Under the pieces are notes generated by a model. The model had not been told where the DNA came from and did no database searches. It saw only the letters and a program-made list of their open reading frames with translations. 64,000 bases of DNA from Callorhinchus milii (taxonomy: Eukaryota). Numbering within the stretch: the stretch's first letter is position 1; each line of letters opens with the position of its first letter. Positions 1-12,800 of the stretch are shown here, piece by piece. Location: assembly GCF_018977255.1 (NCBI RefSeq), contig NW_024704742.1:114702001-114766000 (forward strand), read 5' to 3'. The translations under genes were made by a program, and so were the position numbers.

Positions 1-292
1 GATCCTTGCATTTGATATAGTGTTTTTCACGTCTTCTAGACGTCTCAAAGCGCTTCACAGAATATACTGTAAGGTGAATTGACTGTATATTTGTGGGCGA
101 AACGCGGCAGCCAATTGCGCACAGCAGTGTCCCACAAACAGTCCTGGATTGAAAATGACCAATTTTTTTTTGTTTGTTTTGGAGGGATTATTATCAGGTA
201 TGTGGAGAGTAAGGAAATTTACCCAAGTGGGAATCGAACCCAGGTGTCTCGCTTGCAAGGCGAGTGCTATAATCACTGAGCTACAGGACTCC
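1..292 (-). mobile_element. tRNA-Ala-headed Deu-type SINE (tail cut by window edge)
   Basis: Pol III A and B boxes, TGC anticodon loop, body CTGTTTGTGGGACA..CTGTGCGCAATTGGCTGCCGCG shared with other copies. Confidence 0.9.
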
Positions 293-998
293 AATAGAGT
301 AAATATAGACCTTGGTGCGATTTCTAACTATATATTGGAAAGAAAAATGCCATGTTACAAGAGCCTTTGAAACGTTGATTGAACTACAGGTTCACCAACA
401 AATTCGCTGTTTCCTACAAATTCCCTGAATGATTCCACAGACAAAATTATTTTTCTTATGAGAACATTGTGCAGCAAATTCATTCCAATTATGCACCTCT
501 CTGATAAACTAAATTAACATGCCATAGTTCTGTGACTATACTGTAGTTACATTAAAACAGCATAACTGATCCTCTAACTGTCGCAGGTTTTGCAAAAACT
601 GATGTTTAGTAGAGCATTGGGGTAACTTTCTGACCTCGGAGCTGAAGCTGAGTCAACTATGTTGCTCATCCACTGTGAAAAGACACAGATTGTGTGCAGT
701 GATAAAATAGTTTTAAAAGGACAGGATTGCAGGTGACTGGGCAGAGCAATCCTATTTCCACATATAGTACTGAAAGCATATGTTTAGCAAATCTGTCCTT
801 GGATGAGAACAAGGTTAAGCAGCCAGAGATGAACAGTATAAGTCAGCGCGTAGTCAATGAATACTCTTTGGGTTGGACTTTTGGCTGCAGATCTAAATGC
901 ATCACCAATCTAATTCTTGGTAGCGATGTGGAGAGTTACACTACATGTCTGCCCAGTCAGTGGTTGAGTGGCTCACAGTACTCTGAAAACCCCACCAG

Positions 999-1830
999 CT
1001 TACCTGTGGCTGTGGTGCTCAAGCATCATGCAGTCACTCACACTTGTGAGGTCAAAACAAGCTTGGGTACCAGTGATGCCTGGGTCTGTGTTGTTTTCAG
1101 GGATGTGTCGATTGTTTTAAACACCATTTAATGCTCAGCCCAGTGATGGAAACACTTTTTGAAAAGAAGCAATTTAGAATCCTAATATTTCCCACACATG
1201 TGGACAAGTGTACAAAAGCACAGGTTAAGAACCACAAATCATGTTAAGCCAATCACAGTTCCATGTGTATCCCACCCTTTTAAAACCTTTGGTTCCCCGA
1301 GGATCACCTATTGGTAAAGGTACATTCCACCGATGAGTTCCAGAGTGACCATGATCTATATATTTCCCAGCAAACAAGGTCATATTCTCGTGTATGTCCA
1401 CATTGAGTAGATAGAGCATATAGACCAGATATCAGCATATGCCTGATGCATAAACTTAATAAGGGTTAAACCACTGACTTCCTAATCTTAATGAGATGTG
1501 TTAGAGACCTAGGCTATCACCTTAATGACTTGCCTTCTATCTTTATAAATAGAAGAAAACATTAGTTTTTTTAAATAAGAAAATTGTTTCCTGGTTGTTT
1601 CCACTTTCTTTCCAGGTTTTGATTCAATATATTTTTTGCTTTAATAATATTATTATCTCAGACTATGTATTTAGAGGTTATTAAATTGCACAAACAAGCA
1701 CTACGCTACAGTTTAAGCAGTGACCTTGCCTCATGGCAGAACTTGTCTCATTTTTTAATGAATTGTCAATGTTCAGCTACAGCACAGGCTGACTGCATTA
1801 TTGCAATTTGATAACCTTGATATATTTTGG
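999..1830 (-). promoter_or_regulatory. Candidate muscle-type promoter plus non-coding first exon (~1004-1090) of the next minus-strand gene, possibly CKMT2
   Basis: CAG|gtaag donor at 1004/1003; TTTAAAA 1115-1121; CACATGTG E-box ~1194; ERR half-sites 1375-1382 and 1721-1728; MEF2-type site 1543-1552. Gene identity rests only on recalled human synteny. Confidence 0.3.
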
Positions 1831-2975
1831 AAGAAATCAACCTTTTCACATTATCGTTTTTGTCCATCATCCCACCTTTCTTCATTTTTCAATCTTTATC
1901 AATAACAATTTAATGCAATTAAAACTGGTTTATGTTATTCACTTTTACAAATGACACACCACAGCTAGAAACATAAGATCATGTAATTATTTGTGACAAT
2001 GTATGACACAGCCCAGCTCCTCCTGACTGTGGCTGGTTCACCCTTATTTGTGCAAAATTCTCTATTTTACCCTAACTCATTATTCTATCCATCTTTAATT
2101 GAGGGAATATTCTTAGTGACTATAATTAACATAACATTCCAACAAGACATAACCCTACATGCGACAATAGACACCAATATTGTTCTATTCTGCTCGTCAT
2201 ATCTTATAGTATAGTGCCATCTGGAGGAGAAAGCTTGCAAAATATAAATTTATTTTGCTCAGAGAGCAATATGTAGCATACAAATGTTGTGGGTGCTTAG
2301 AGTGTAACTGAGAGACATTTTGTGAAAAGCATAGGTAAGCTTAATCAGGACACAGACATTTGTTCTTGCTGGAACCATCAGCAATAAAGAGGAAAGAGCA
2401 TAATAGATAGAACATATTGAGAGAGCACATTACATACATGGATCGTCCGGTTGTGAGAAATACTGAAAGACAGGACCTCATTACCATAACAGCAAGAGAG
2501 TGTAACAGCAGCATGGTCTGTAAACTGCAAACCATATACCGTGTGACAAAAGTGCCTTGGTACACTGGCTTTTATAAAATTAATTGGGGATCTCTCTGGT
2601 TTCCTTCCTCAGCTCTGTGAGCCATTTCATCCATGACTTAAAATCCAGTCATAGGCAAAGAAGTCTTGAGGCAATATATAAAATGTCCACAAAGAATTTT
2701 CACCTGCCATTGAAGAGAGGAATTATGCTCTTAAGTCCACTGAAGCATTTCTCTATCAGCTATCTGTTAGGCAGATAAACAGATCCACAAGAGGATAATA
2801 TTAATGCATTAAAAGTGACCCTGTTTGTTAAACTGGGGTTTTCTGCTATTGCACAATGGTGCAAAAAAGATAGCAGCAGGTCAAATCTGAAACATCACGT
2901 TACATCAGTACGTCCCCACCATCCATGAATATCTCCCAGGGGGCACTAAGCTGGCTCCAAAATGACCAACTTGGT

Positions 2976-3675
2976 AACAACCACTTGGATTTATATAGTG
3001 TCCTCCACGCCGGACGGCGTCTCAGAGCACTTCACAGTAATGGATCCCGGGGCTGAGCCGGGGGGAGGGGGAGGAAGGTGACCAAAGATGCGGTCGAAGA
3101 GAAAGATCTTCAGCAGGGACCTGAAAATAGGAAGAGAGGGGGCGAGGCGAAGGGAGTGAGGAAAGGAATTCCAGAGCCTCGGGGCATAGTGGCTGAAGGC
3201 ACGGCCGCCAAGGGTGGAGTAGAGGATTCGGGGGACAAGAAGGAGGCTAGACCCAGTGGAACGACGGCAACGGGTACTGTTTTGAGGAGAGAGGAGGTCA
3301 GAGAGGTAGGGGGGTGCAGAGGAGTGGAGGGATTTGAATAGAAGGGTGAGGATCTTGAAGTCGATCCTCTCTGGGACAGGCAGCCAGTGCAGTCTGGCAA
3401 AGACTGGGGTGATCGGGGAGCGGAGTTTGGTGCGGGTGAGAATGCAGGCGGCAGAGTTTTGAATGATCTGGATTTTATGGATGGTAGTGGAGGGGAGGCC
3501 GGCGAGGAGGGTGTTTGAATAGTCCAGCTGAGAGGTGACAAAGGCATGGACCAGGGTTTCAGCGGCTTTTGGAGAGGGGTATTGGCAGAGATGGGCGATG
3601 CGTTGGAGGTGGAAGAAGGCGGTGCTGGTGAGGGACCGGATGTGGGGGAGGAAGGATAATTGGGGGTCGAACCTG
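2976..3675 (-). mobile_element. L2-clade LINE 3' end (subfamily A)
   Basis: ORF2 C-terminal motifs (AFVTS.LDYSN, LHWLPV, LWNS.P) and (GTT)n-like tail; closely similar to the 59520 copy. Confidence 0.9.
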
Positions 3676-4354
3676 GTAACGTTAGAATCAAGTCAATCCT
3701 CTGTGGTAGTCTTGGTAGACCAGGTCCTGAACCAGGGCATTGCTGATGACAGAATGAGTGGTATGTGTATCACTCTAGAGAAATGATTGAGACACAGATA
3801 GGAGAACAGGACATATTGTCTTGAATTGCAGCTCGATCTGCCCAGCCTAAATCCATATTATCCACACGTGGGCTTTCATTATATATTGAATTGTCCCCGA
3901 TTAAATCCAGAAGATATCTATACATTTTATGAACTATTTAGCAATAAAAAAAGTCAGATACTATGAAATGTGATCATCTCTTTTTAAAGTCTATTTAAGA
4001 CCTTTATGTTCATTAGCATTAATTATAATATGTCCTATTTTGACAATAGGATTAAAGAATACCAACATAAGTCTCACTGGGTGTATTTGTTACTGCTGGG
4101 AGGCAGTTAAGAAGGTGTTTAATGGAATATATAATATTCCCACTTAGGTGGCAACTGAAGCCATTCAATGAGGTCATTGTAATTGTGAATCTCGCTTTAA
4201 TAACTGCAAGTAAGAATATCATTCTCCTGCCATTGGTTATCAACTGAGGGCAATCCTGCCACTTTGTTCTGTTGAGCTCAGTCACTCTTCCAAACCAAAC
4301 TTTTCCTCTGGTAATTGTCAGCATTCATTCTATTTTTATATCTGTTTAGTTGAG

Positions 4355-4360
4355 TTTATT
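4355..4360 (-). promoter_or_regulatory. Candidate RASGRF2 polyadenylation signal (AATAAA)
   Basis: AATAAA on the minus strand preceded by two TGTA motifs; would give a ~5.4 kb 3'UTR. Other AATAAA hexamers exist nearby (e.g. ~4637), so the assignment is uncertain. Confidence 0.3.
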
Positions 4361-5532
4361 TTTATACATATCAGAGACTTGTCTTTGTACATCAATACCT
4401 GTCAGCGAATGACTTAATATAGAGCAAAGAAACGATGCAGACTGAAACTAAGTGTCATCCTATCACCTTCATAAAATAATAATCACTCTTAATCAGAAAT
4501 ACCCCTCAAAAATGAAATAAAACCCAAAGGATTTTCAACAAAGACACAGTTTCAAAAAGGGGTGCCAGCAGTGAGTCAGTAATGCAGTATTTAAATCATA
4601 TAATGTGTGCGCGGGCGCTTGTGAGAGAAAAAAAACTTTATTCGTGCACCATAACATATCCAGTATTTATAATAAAATGGACACTGAAGACATAAGGAGC
4701 AGTAATCTGCTATCCAGCCAAAAGCAGAATTTTATTTTATATACATATATAGAATCAAAATAACTGTACAGGCTCATGCTATGAATTATAGCTCAAGGAA
4801 ACATTTCTGACAACTGCAATTCAACTTATATTTGATATACACTTAGAAGTTCTGCACAACGTATCAGGTTACAAAATTTGCTTTAAATATGATATGGCAT
4901 CATGAAATGGATTGGTCCCTTCAGTTCAACTCTACAATGTTAATAAATTGGCAGAATCTAATGTCAAGGAAGTTAATGGTTCTTCCTGTTATTGTTTTCC
5001 AAAGCTGCTTTCATTCAATGACAAAAATGAATGCAGTGGAGTGGGGATGTGAGCAAAATATGTACATCACGTCAACAGCTTGAACACAAATAAAGGGATG
5101 CAAAATTTAATATTTCATATAATTTAATAATTATTAAATGCATTATCAAATCTGGTATGAAACCCCATTTTTCACCCCAGTTAGTACTGTTGTATTCCAA
5201 TAACATGCCGAATGCCGAATACAAAATACTATAGTATTCTTTGCAGGTTGTATTTCAGAGGAAGAACTAAATGAGTGAGCCCCATGGATTGTTTTTTACT
5301 AGATTATCCCTTGACACCATTCTCTTTTATCTAATATTTATGGCAATGAGTGATCAATGTGGGATTTCTAAATTCTACGCACACTTGACTTTTTCCACAG
5401 ATGATGGCTGGCATAATCCATTCAAGCATGTTTCACAGTGTTGATGTCTACTGTTTAGCCAATAACAATATAAAAGTACACTGATTGAACAATATTCAAC
5501 ACGTATGATTCAACAATAAATAAAAGAAACAA

Positions 5533-5834
5533 GGGTGAAAAATTCCACCTGGGTCCGGATTTATCACATATCCACATATCCTGTGAGGCGCTTTGAGTCA
5601 TTTCAATGATGTGATATGGCGCCATATTAAATGTAAGGATTATTATTATTATTTACTCTACTAATGTAGCATTTCAAAACATCCAGAATTTGGCAAATTC
5701 TTAAACACAGTCTTGATCTTGAAAGTGTTTAAGAAACTACAAAAAATGACTTTAGAGTTAAAAATTGGCAAGTACTTGATGTTGTAATGTTACGTAAAAC
5801 AGAATAAATCCAGACCCAGGTAGAATTTCTCCCC
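5533..5834. mobile_element. MITE-like foldback element with ~30 bp terminal inverted repeats, carrying a SINE tail insertion (~5575-5653)
   Basis: Left GGGTGAAAAATTCCACCTGGGTCCGGATTTA versus reverse complement of the right end GGGGAGAAATTCTACCTGGGTCTGGATTTA. Confidence 0.75.
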
Positions 5835-6865
5835 ACAAGTAGGTCGTATGTAATTTGTTTGTGTTGCTTCAGTTTCAATGTATTTTTCTATCATCAAATT
5901 TAAAGTCAAAATATTTGGGCAACATGGAACAAAAAAAAGTGCAAGTCAGTTATTTTCAATGTTTTCACTTATAAAGGGTTATGTAGGGGGTAATATGCAG
6001 TGATTTCTAATGAATCCCATTTGATATCACCATATACTGGGAGTTTCTCCCAGTGTCATGGCCAACAATCTCTCAGATAAAATTGCTCATTCACTACAGG
6101 GCTGTTTGTGGGACATTGTCATGTGCTAATTAACTGCTGCATTTGCGTACAAAATATGCAGTACTTTACAGTAAATCATGTGATACGGTTTGAGACGTTT
6201 TGATGGCATGATAAGGCATTATATCAAATGCAAGAATTATTATTATTCTTTATTACATCCAGAGTCAAATTAGACGTCCCACATATATCAGACAATGTAA
6301 TTCTATACAAATGCCTGGAAAGTACAACGTAGGGGGTAAACTTGTGACATTTCACAAAGTATTTGATGTGAGAATTATTATAACAAATGCCTACATGAAG
6401 TGCGCTATACAACTTCAAGTTGTTGTTGTTATTATGAAATGCTACTAATTTCACTGCAAAGTTTTCAGCATTGAGCTGACATTCCACTTTGAGGTTATTT
6501 CAGCACAGGTTACAAAAGATATAACTCACAAAACTTTCATTGCATACAAAGGTAGCCGTTATTACAAATGGCCTTTTGGAAATAAATAGAGTATGGATTG
6601 TTAAGGTTTTAGAAGAGATAAAAGCTATTTTTTCAGGAATCGTTCTTGGACATACAAGTATAAACTCAACTTCTGTAAACTGTCAGTCGAAATGTCCATC
6701 CATACTTTTTGCTGAAAGCAAAATTTTACATATACTTTTGACTGTAATCTTGGGTTAAGGACAGCCAAAAGAAGTACCTTTTATTTCTTGGACATCTGAA
6801 CTGTGTCATGAAGACAACATTTCTTAAAGGGTAATAAGAGATGCTTGTGTCACTCTGCACCTTCT

Positions 6866-7090
6866 GGGCAGAAATTCCATCTGGGTCTAGGTTCATTCTA
6901 TTTTATTTTAGCCTTTCAGATCATCCAGAATATGGCAAAAGCTTAAATCGTGTTAATTTTCCAGCTGTTTTGTGTAAGTTCTTTTAAAAACTACAGAAAC
7001 CCAACCAAGATTGAATTCAACAATCTGTCAAGTTCTGTATACTCTGAAATGCTAAGAAAATAAAGAAAATTCATGTAGAAATTCAACCCC
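6866..7090. mobile_element. Second copy of the MITE-like family
   Basis: GGGCAGAAATTCCATCTGGGTC...GAAATTCAACCCC, flanked by TCT on both sides; shares CATCCAGAAT.TGGCAAA..CTTAAA with the first copy. Confidence 0.65.
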
Positions 7091-7624
7091 TCTACAACTG
7101 TGCGCCAGTTAAGAACATTTTCAATCTGGACTATTTGAAGAGATGCAAGAAGTGTAAAAAAATCTGAAATTAAAAACAGAAAGTGCAAATCAATCAGCAA
7201 CTAAAAAACCAAGATAAATATTTGTGTGAATCTTTCATTCCAACTTTAACCTGTGTTTGTCTTTTGGTTGCTCGTCCAATACTTTTTGTTTTATCATTGA
7301 GTTCTAAGAGACACTTGGGAGGAAGTCTTTGTTTGTCAGTAAATTTACAGCCCTTGGTGAGGAAGAGACTGTCAATAAACTGGTAATGGTGTTGGGGGTG
7401 GAGAAGGAGGAAAGAAAGGGGAAAGGAATGCAGTGCCAGTTGCCAGAGAATTAGCAGCTTTTACCCGTAGATTTAGCCAATTTATTTTTCTGAAAAGTCA
7501 GCTACAAAATGATCCAGCTCAAGGTGGTCCCACTTTTCGGCTGCTGAGAAATGTCCATGGGCTACATAAGCAACAATTCCAGAAGGGTCACTTTATTAAG
7601 GATCACGTGTCAGATTTTCCTTGG

Positions 7625-7900
7625 GCTAGAAACATAAAAACATAGAAAAGCAGGAACAGGAGGAAACCATTCAACCCATTGAGCCTTTTCCACCAGTTTA
7701 TTAGATCTTGGCAGATATTTTCGTGCCAATGATCGACATTTCATCATATCCCTTGATACATCTACTGCTATATGTTATCTGTCCATCCTTCCTTAAACAT
7801 CCCTATTGAATGTTTTCTACAGTTTTCTGAGACAGATCATTCTACATCTTCACAATCCTCCAAGTGAAGAAATACTTTCTGTCCTCAATTCTAACTGGCT
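7625..7900 (-). mobile_element. Degraded CR1-type 3' tail; similar tail at ~19890-20100
   Basis: AGAAACATA..GGAACAGGAGGA..CCATTCA.CCC pattern on the + strand. Confidence 0.6.
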
Positions 7901-9768
7901 TAGTTCTGAGTGACGGATATTTGTCTGATTTATTGTCAGTGTTGTCTGTTAACACATCGTGCCATTTGATTTAAGATGTGAACCGGGTTGGCAGATCATT
8001 GCAATTAAATATTCATTGCAACAATGCTGGATGTTATGACAGTATACTACCCAGTGTACCCAGCAATCACCCTGATAGTTACTCTATGAAGAGAGGTAAA
8101 TAAATAGCTTAAGCAGTATCTTATTTTCCCAAGTTAACAAATATTTTCAGAAAGAATGAAGGACACTTTTGCATGACACACTTCAAACACAACATGCCGC
8201 TGTAATTCTCCATGTAAGTATTGTGTACATTATTATAGCAGTGGTTAAGCTGCTATTGATATGTTAATCTGCTGGTTTGGTCGTTTCCTTTAAGCAGAAT
8301 TGGCTGCAAAGCTTTCAGCAATGGAATAAATGGAAAATGTGCTCTGTTTCTGGGCTTAACAGCTAAAACTGCATAGCTTACCACTGAGAGCACTGTCTGG
8401 CAAACTTCCCATTGCTTGTCCAGCTGGGAGTATCCTACATGATAGGGCTTTGGCTTGCTGAGCTCAAAATTATCTGTTTTTTTTAACAAAACTTATCTTA
8501 TGAAATGTTAAATTTCAAGATAGTTCCTGAGCAAAGCCCTTAACATTAAGGGCTCTTCAGCTTTCTATTTACTGAAACATTATTTGGAGAAAAGAAAGAG
8601 AAACAATAATGAATTCAGGAAGAGTTGGACTACTATTAAAACAGTCAGCTGTTTATTATGAGCAGTCAAAATCCTTCTAATGTCTATGGCAGTTTCCATA
8701 GTGTTCACTTGGGTCCAGAAGACACCTGGGATAGCATTAACAAGACACATTGGCCAACTCAAACATGACGCACTTTAACATTACCTTACATTACAAAACA
8801 TGCAGCATTCCACTTAGAAGATTACCGAGGGACTCTCCATTGGTCCTACTTTACAACACATAAAGTTGAGGCCCATTGAAGTTTAAGCAAGTGATAATAC
8901 CCCAAATGACTATTGCAGTATTACCTGTATTCTCAAGAATACTCTAATGTGTACAACAAAACTGATATCAAGTAAGCAGATTTTGTCCTTTAGAAATCAT
9001 GCCATAGGGATTCCGCATTCATCTCATGCTGATATCTGAGCCTTTCAAGTTTTTAGAAGCTGCTTCAGTGTCTTAGTCTCTCTGAGGATGGCAACAGCAA
9101 ACCTCCGTCACATCCAAAGCTAATTAAAGATTAAAATTTTCCAACTGTCCAAATGTAAAACAAATAGAGGCAACTTCCATGTGTTTATACTTCACTTGCA
9201 TGTTGCTCTATATTAACTCAACAGGATCCTTTTCGATTTTGCCCACAATTTTATTCAGAAAGAAATTTCTCTCAGAAGCCTTCGAAAGTCCTTTAGATTT
9301 TTTTATTCTTCACTGACTGACAGGCAAAAGCATCGCCCTCTCCCGGTTCCCTGCTTGCTACTAAAATTGCTGAATCATTTTACACTAAAGATCTATGTTT
9401 CCAGGTGAAGATAGTTGTCTTGATGCCTGTCACTTAAACTGCATTTTGCAGAAAAAATTATTCTGTTAATTTTGAAATAATAGCTTGTGGTCAGTCTTGT
9501 TTTCATGCTACTTAGAAGCAAAATCTTCGTGCATTGTTCATTTTGTTTTTGAAAGGAAAATTACAACCGTAAACTTTCACCCCAAAGTTCACCATCGTCC
9601 AAAGTGTCATGGACAATCTCCCTGTAAGATTCCACCTCCTCTTGAAGAAAACTCATGCTTGCATTATCCCTGGGTAGATATCTTGCACTCCACAGGCATG
9701 GCATCTATACTTGGTTTGTTACACTAAGCTGCTACAAACTCTTTGCAGCCACAAAAAAGTATTGCCGC

Positions 9769-9861
9769 TCATGCAGGGAGTCTTGGTTCAAGTTTTAAGG
9801 ACAGCTCATACAGTGTATCTTCATCCATAATAACTGCTTTGTCAAGTAAGTATTGAATAAC
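9769..9861 (-). CDS. RASGRF2: RASGRF2 last coding exon (~27): [30 protein letters not shown]
   Basis: ttttag|GTT...GCA TGA; 93 nt including the stop. Confidence 0.96.
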   Translation of the reverse strand, partial: VIQYLLDKAVIMDEDTLYELSLKLEPRLPA

Positions 9862-12800
9862 CTAAAAAAAGCAACAAGATTGATGCAACATATTAGAAAT
9901 AATGATTAAAAGGAAAAATCTTCAGTTTTGTAGTCGCTGATCTGTAGTGGTCAGCCTGGCTAGGATGGTGGCACACTTGCATCTGAGTTAGAGGGTTGTG
10001 GGTTCAAGCCACGCATGACAACTTTGAGCTCATAGCTGGGCTGAATCCCGAGGTCCCGTTTGTTTGTACAGGATGAAAGATCCCACGACACTGTTCAATA
10101 GGAGAAGGGAAGTTTCTCCCTGTGTTCTGCCCAACAATGCCCCAGATAAAATTGTCATTCACGTCATGAGTGTTTTGGAACAGTGTTAATAGTGCTGTGT
10201 GTAAATTAGCTGACGTACCTGCCTACAAATGCAGTCACTCCAATCCACTGGTGGTCAATTATACAATTAAGGATACCTGTAAAGTATTTGGACATGTCTG
10301 GCCACGGGCTATTAGTTGGACCCACATTTTAGAACCCTTTATAGTCAAATAATAAAAATGTCAGTTACTGGAGGATTCCGTGGCAGCTCCAATCTAATAA
10401 TCGGAAAATAACTCATACTATTCGTTCCCGTCATCTATTGAATCTGTGCTAGTTATATACTGATATGAGATTGGCACATTCACATAGGATCAATGTGTGA
10501 ATAGCCAAGTGAAACGTATTGCATACACTGTGTGCTGAAATTTTCCTTTCTCTCAGCAGCCTGTTCAAAAGAGTCTTGTAAATTATGTCATTAATCCTGT
10601 TTTCCATGACTCTGTGGCATATATTGTAAATACAGATGAATATCATTTAGGGATGAGCTGCCAATGTTTAGTCTCCACTGCAATGCAAAACGTCCAAATC
10701 TGAGTGCGACTCCCTAAAACTATTGCTGGGACCATTTAAAGTATTAAAATTCACCTACTTGATGCCCAGAGTTTAAGACTGCGCAGAAGTTCGTAAAATT
10801 CTTAATTTAAGCTCTTCAAAAGAACTACAAAAGAAAAGAATTAGTGGAGTCCTGTAGCTCAGTGGTTAGAGCACTCGCTTTGCAAGCGAGAGACCTGAGT
10901 TCAATTCCAGGCACAGGGCGAAACCTTGGGCAAGTTTCCTTACTCCATACGCCTAATAATAATCCCTCCAAAAAAAACAATAATAAATTGGTCATTTTCG
11001 ATCTACGACTGTTTGTGGGACATTGCTGTGCACAATTGGCTGCCGCGTTCGCCCACAAATATACAGTCAATTCACTTTAGTGTGTTCTGTGAAGCGCTTT
11101 GGGACGTCCTCCCAACGTGAAAAGCGCTATATCAAAATGCAAGGATTATTATTATTATTACAGAAATTCATCTTTCAAAATGCTGCGCAATGTTATATTT
11201 TAAGAAAATGGCCTCTGATTTGCAACCCAAGCTGAAGCTTAGTCCTACTGTGAACTCTTGACATGATGGCAAACACCCAGTTAGTTACCTTTGGCTGATG
11301 ATCTATTCTGTATGGGGTTTGTTGGAACTGGCGTATCTCCCTGATAATGTGCGATATCTAAACAAATAGAAACAGGTCAGAGCCAGTTAAAAAAATAACA
11401 ATATCATAAATAGTTGCTTAAATAATGAAGTTCAAATAGGAGTGTTTATTATAACCGTATCCTGATCTGCTACGAGCAGAACCTGACAACAACAATGAAT
11501 CTTTAAGCAGAAGTGGAAACAGAATGTTACACTGTAAGTAAGAAAATATTATTTCAAGGCTTCACTTTTATGTTTAAATACGACTACCGAGAAACGAAAG
11601 CTACAAACATAATGCTCGCAGGATTTAAAAGAGAGGAAAAAAATTTGGTTTGAATTTTTTTTAAACAACAAACCGGTGCTTCAATTATTACAGAACAGTC
11701 CCTATCAGTTTCTGTTGAGCCGGATGAGGGATTTGCTCAATAGCTCTCAAGCCTAAATTGTCTTTCAGGAAACAATCTTAAGCAAATTTCCTTACTCCAC
11801 ACGCCTCTGTGTGGATAAATAATGTGTTATCTGCTAAAAATGTTTTGAGTTGAGGAAGGAGTTTCATGCACAGAAAAAAATGTTTTATAACAATTGCGTT
11901 GTTGATGCTGGAAGGCTCAACTTATGAGAAAACTATTTTCCTGTCCATCTATCTAACGGGACTACAATTCCCCTTGAAGCACAATCTAGGTACTCAGTTA
12001 CATTTTATTGAAACAAAATGGTCAGTGTCCCTAACATATTCCAAACTCACCATTCTCATTTTGGAAAAGTTTACAAGGCCTTCTTCAGTAAAATTGGGTG
12101 TCCCTTCTTCTATAAACGCTAGATCAGTCAAATACATCCCAAGGTATGGAACGCAGGGAGGATTACAGCTGTTAAAAGAAGCAAAAGATTTGAATTTAAA
12201 ACAATTAAATTATGTGATTAGTAATTTATAAAAGATGGAACAGTTCATTTTCACAAGGTACTAAACACATCAGATTGTACCTCATGTATTTATGGTAGTT
12301 TGTTTTTTTCAAGTATGTGCCTGATTAAAATTCAATTTTAATATGATTATTTATATGAATATGATTAATCATGAATAATCATATATGAATAATTATTTAT
12401 ATGATTATTTGACTGGCGTGCATTAGATTTTGTGTTATTTCGCCGACACCAATAATGATGCACATTACTGCCCAGAAATCATAAAGCTACCAAACACCTG
12501 CCAACTATTTGAGAATCATTTTAACAATGATTTAAAGTTGTTTTCTTTACCAACTGAAACTACCTGGCACGACCAAGTAGATTTGTGATATGTGCCAAGT
12601 TTTCCCTTCACCACTCACACACAGTTCTGAACCAAAGAGCCTTCTTTGACTGTATTTTGCTTGTGATCTTGTGACATGCACTTATTATCAGGAATAGATT
12701 TTGTATTACATGGTTGTCACTTCATTAGGAAAGACTGTTTTAATAAACACAAAAGTATTGAGAAACACACTATATAGTGCAAATCACCATATAATCCATA

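Noticed and set aside
727..1419. ORFs 727-1131 (+) and 1225-1419 (-)
   Set aside because: No recognisable domain or exon structure; no creatine kinase coding sequence seen.
10846..10920. tRNA-Ala(TGC)-like cloverleaf (also near 220-292, 17625-17698, 18310-18384, 50690, 57961, 60390)
   Set aside because: Each runs directly into a SINE body, has imperfect stems and lacks a poly-T terminator. These are SINE heads, not tRNA genes.
12340..12410. AT-rich quasi-palindromic repeat (also 20100-20180)
   Set aside because: Low-complexity slippage; no further structure.
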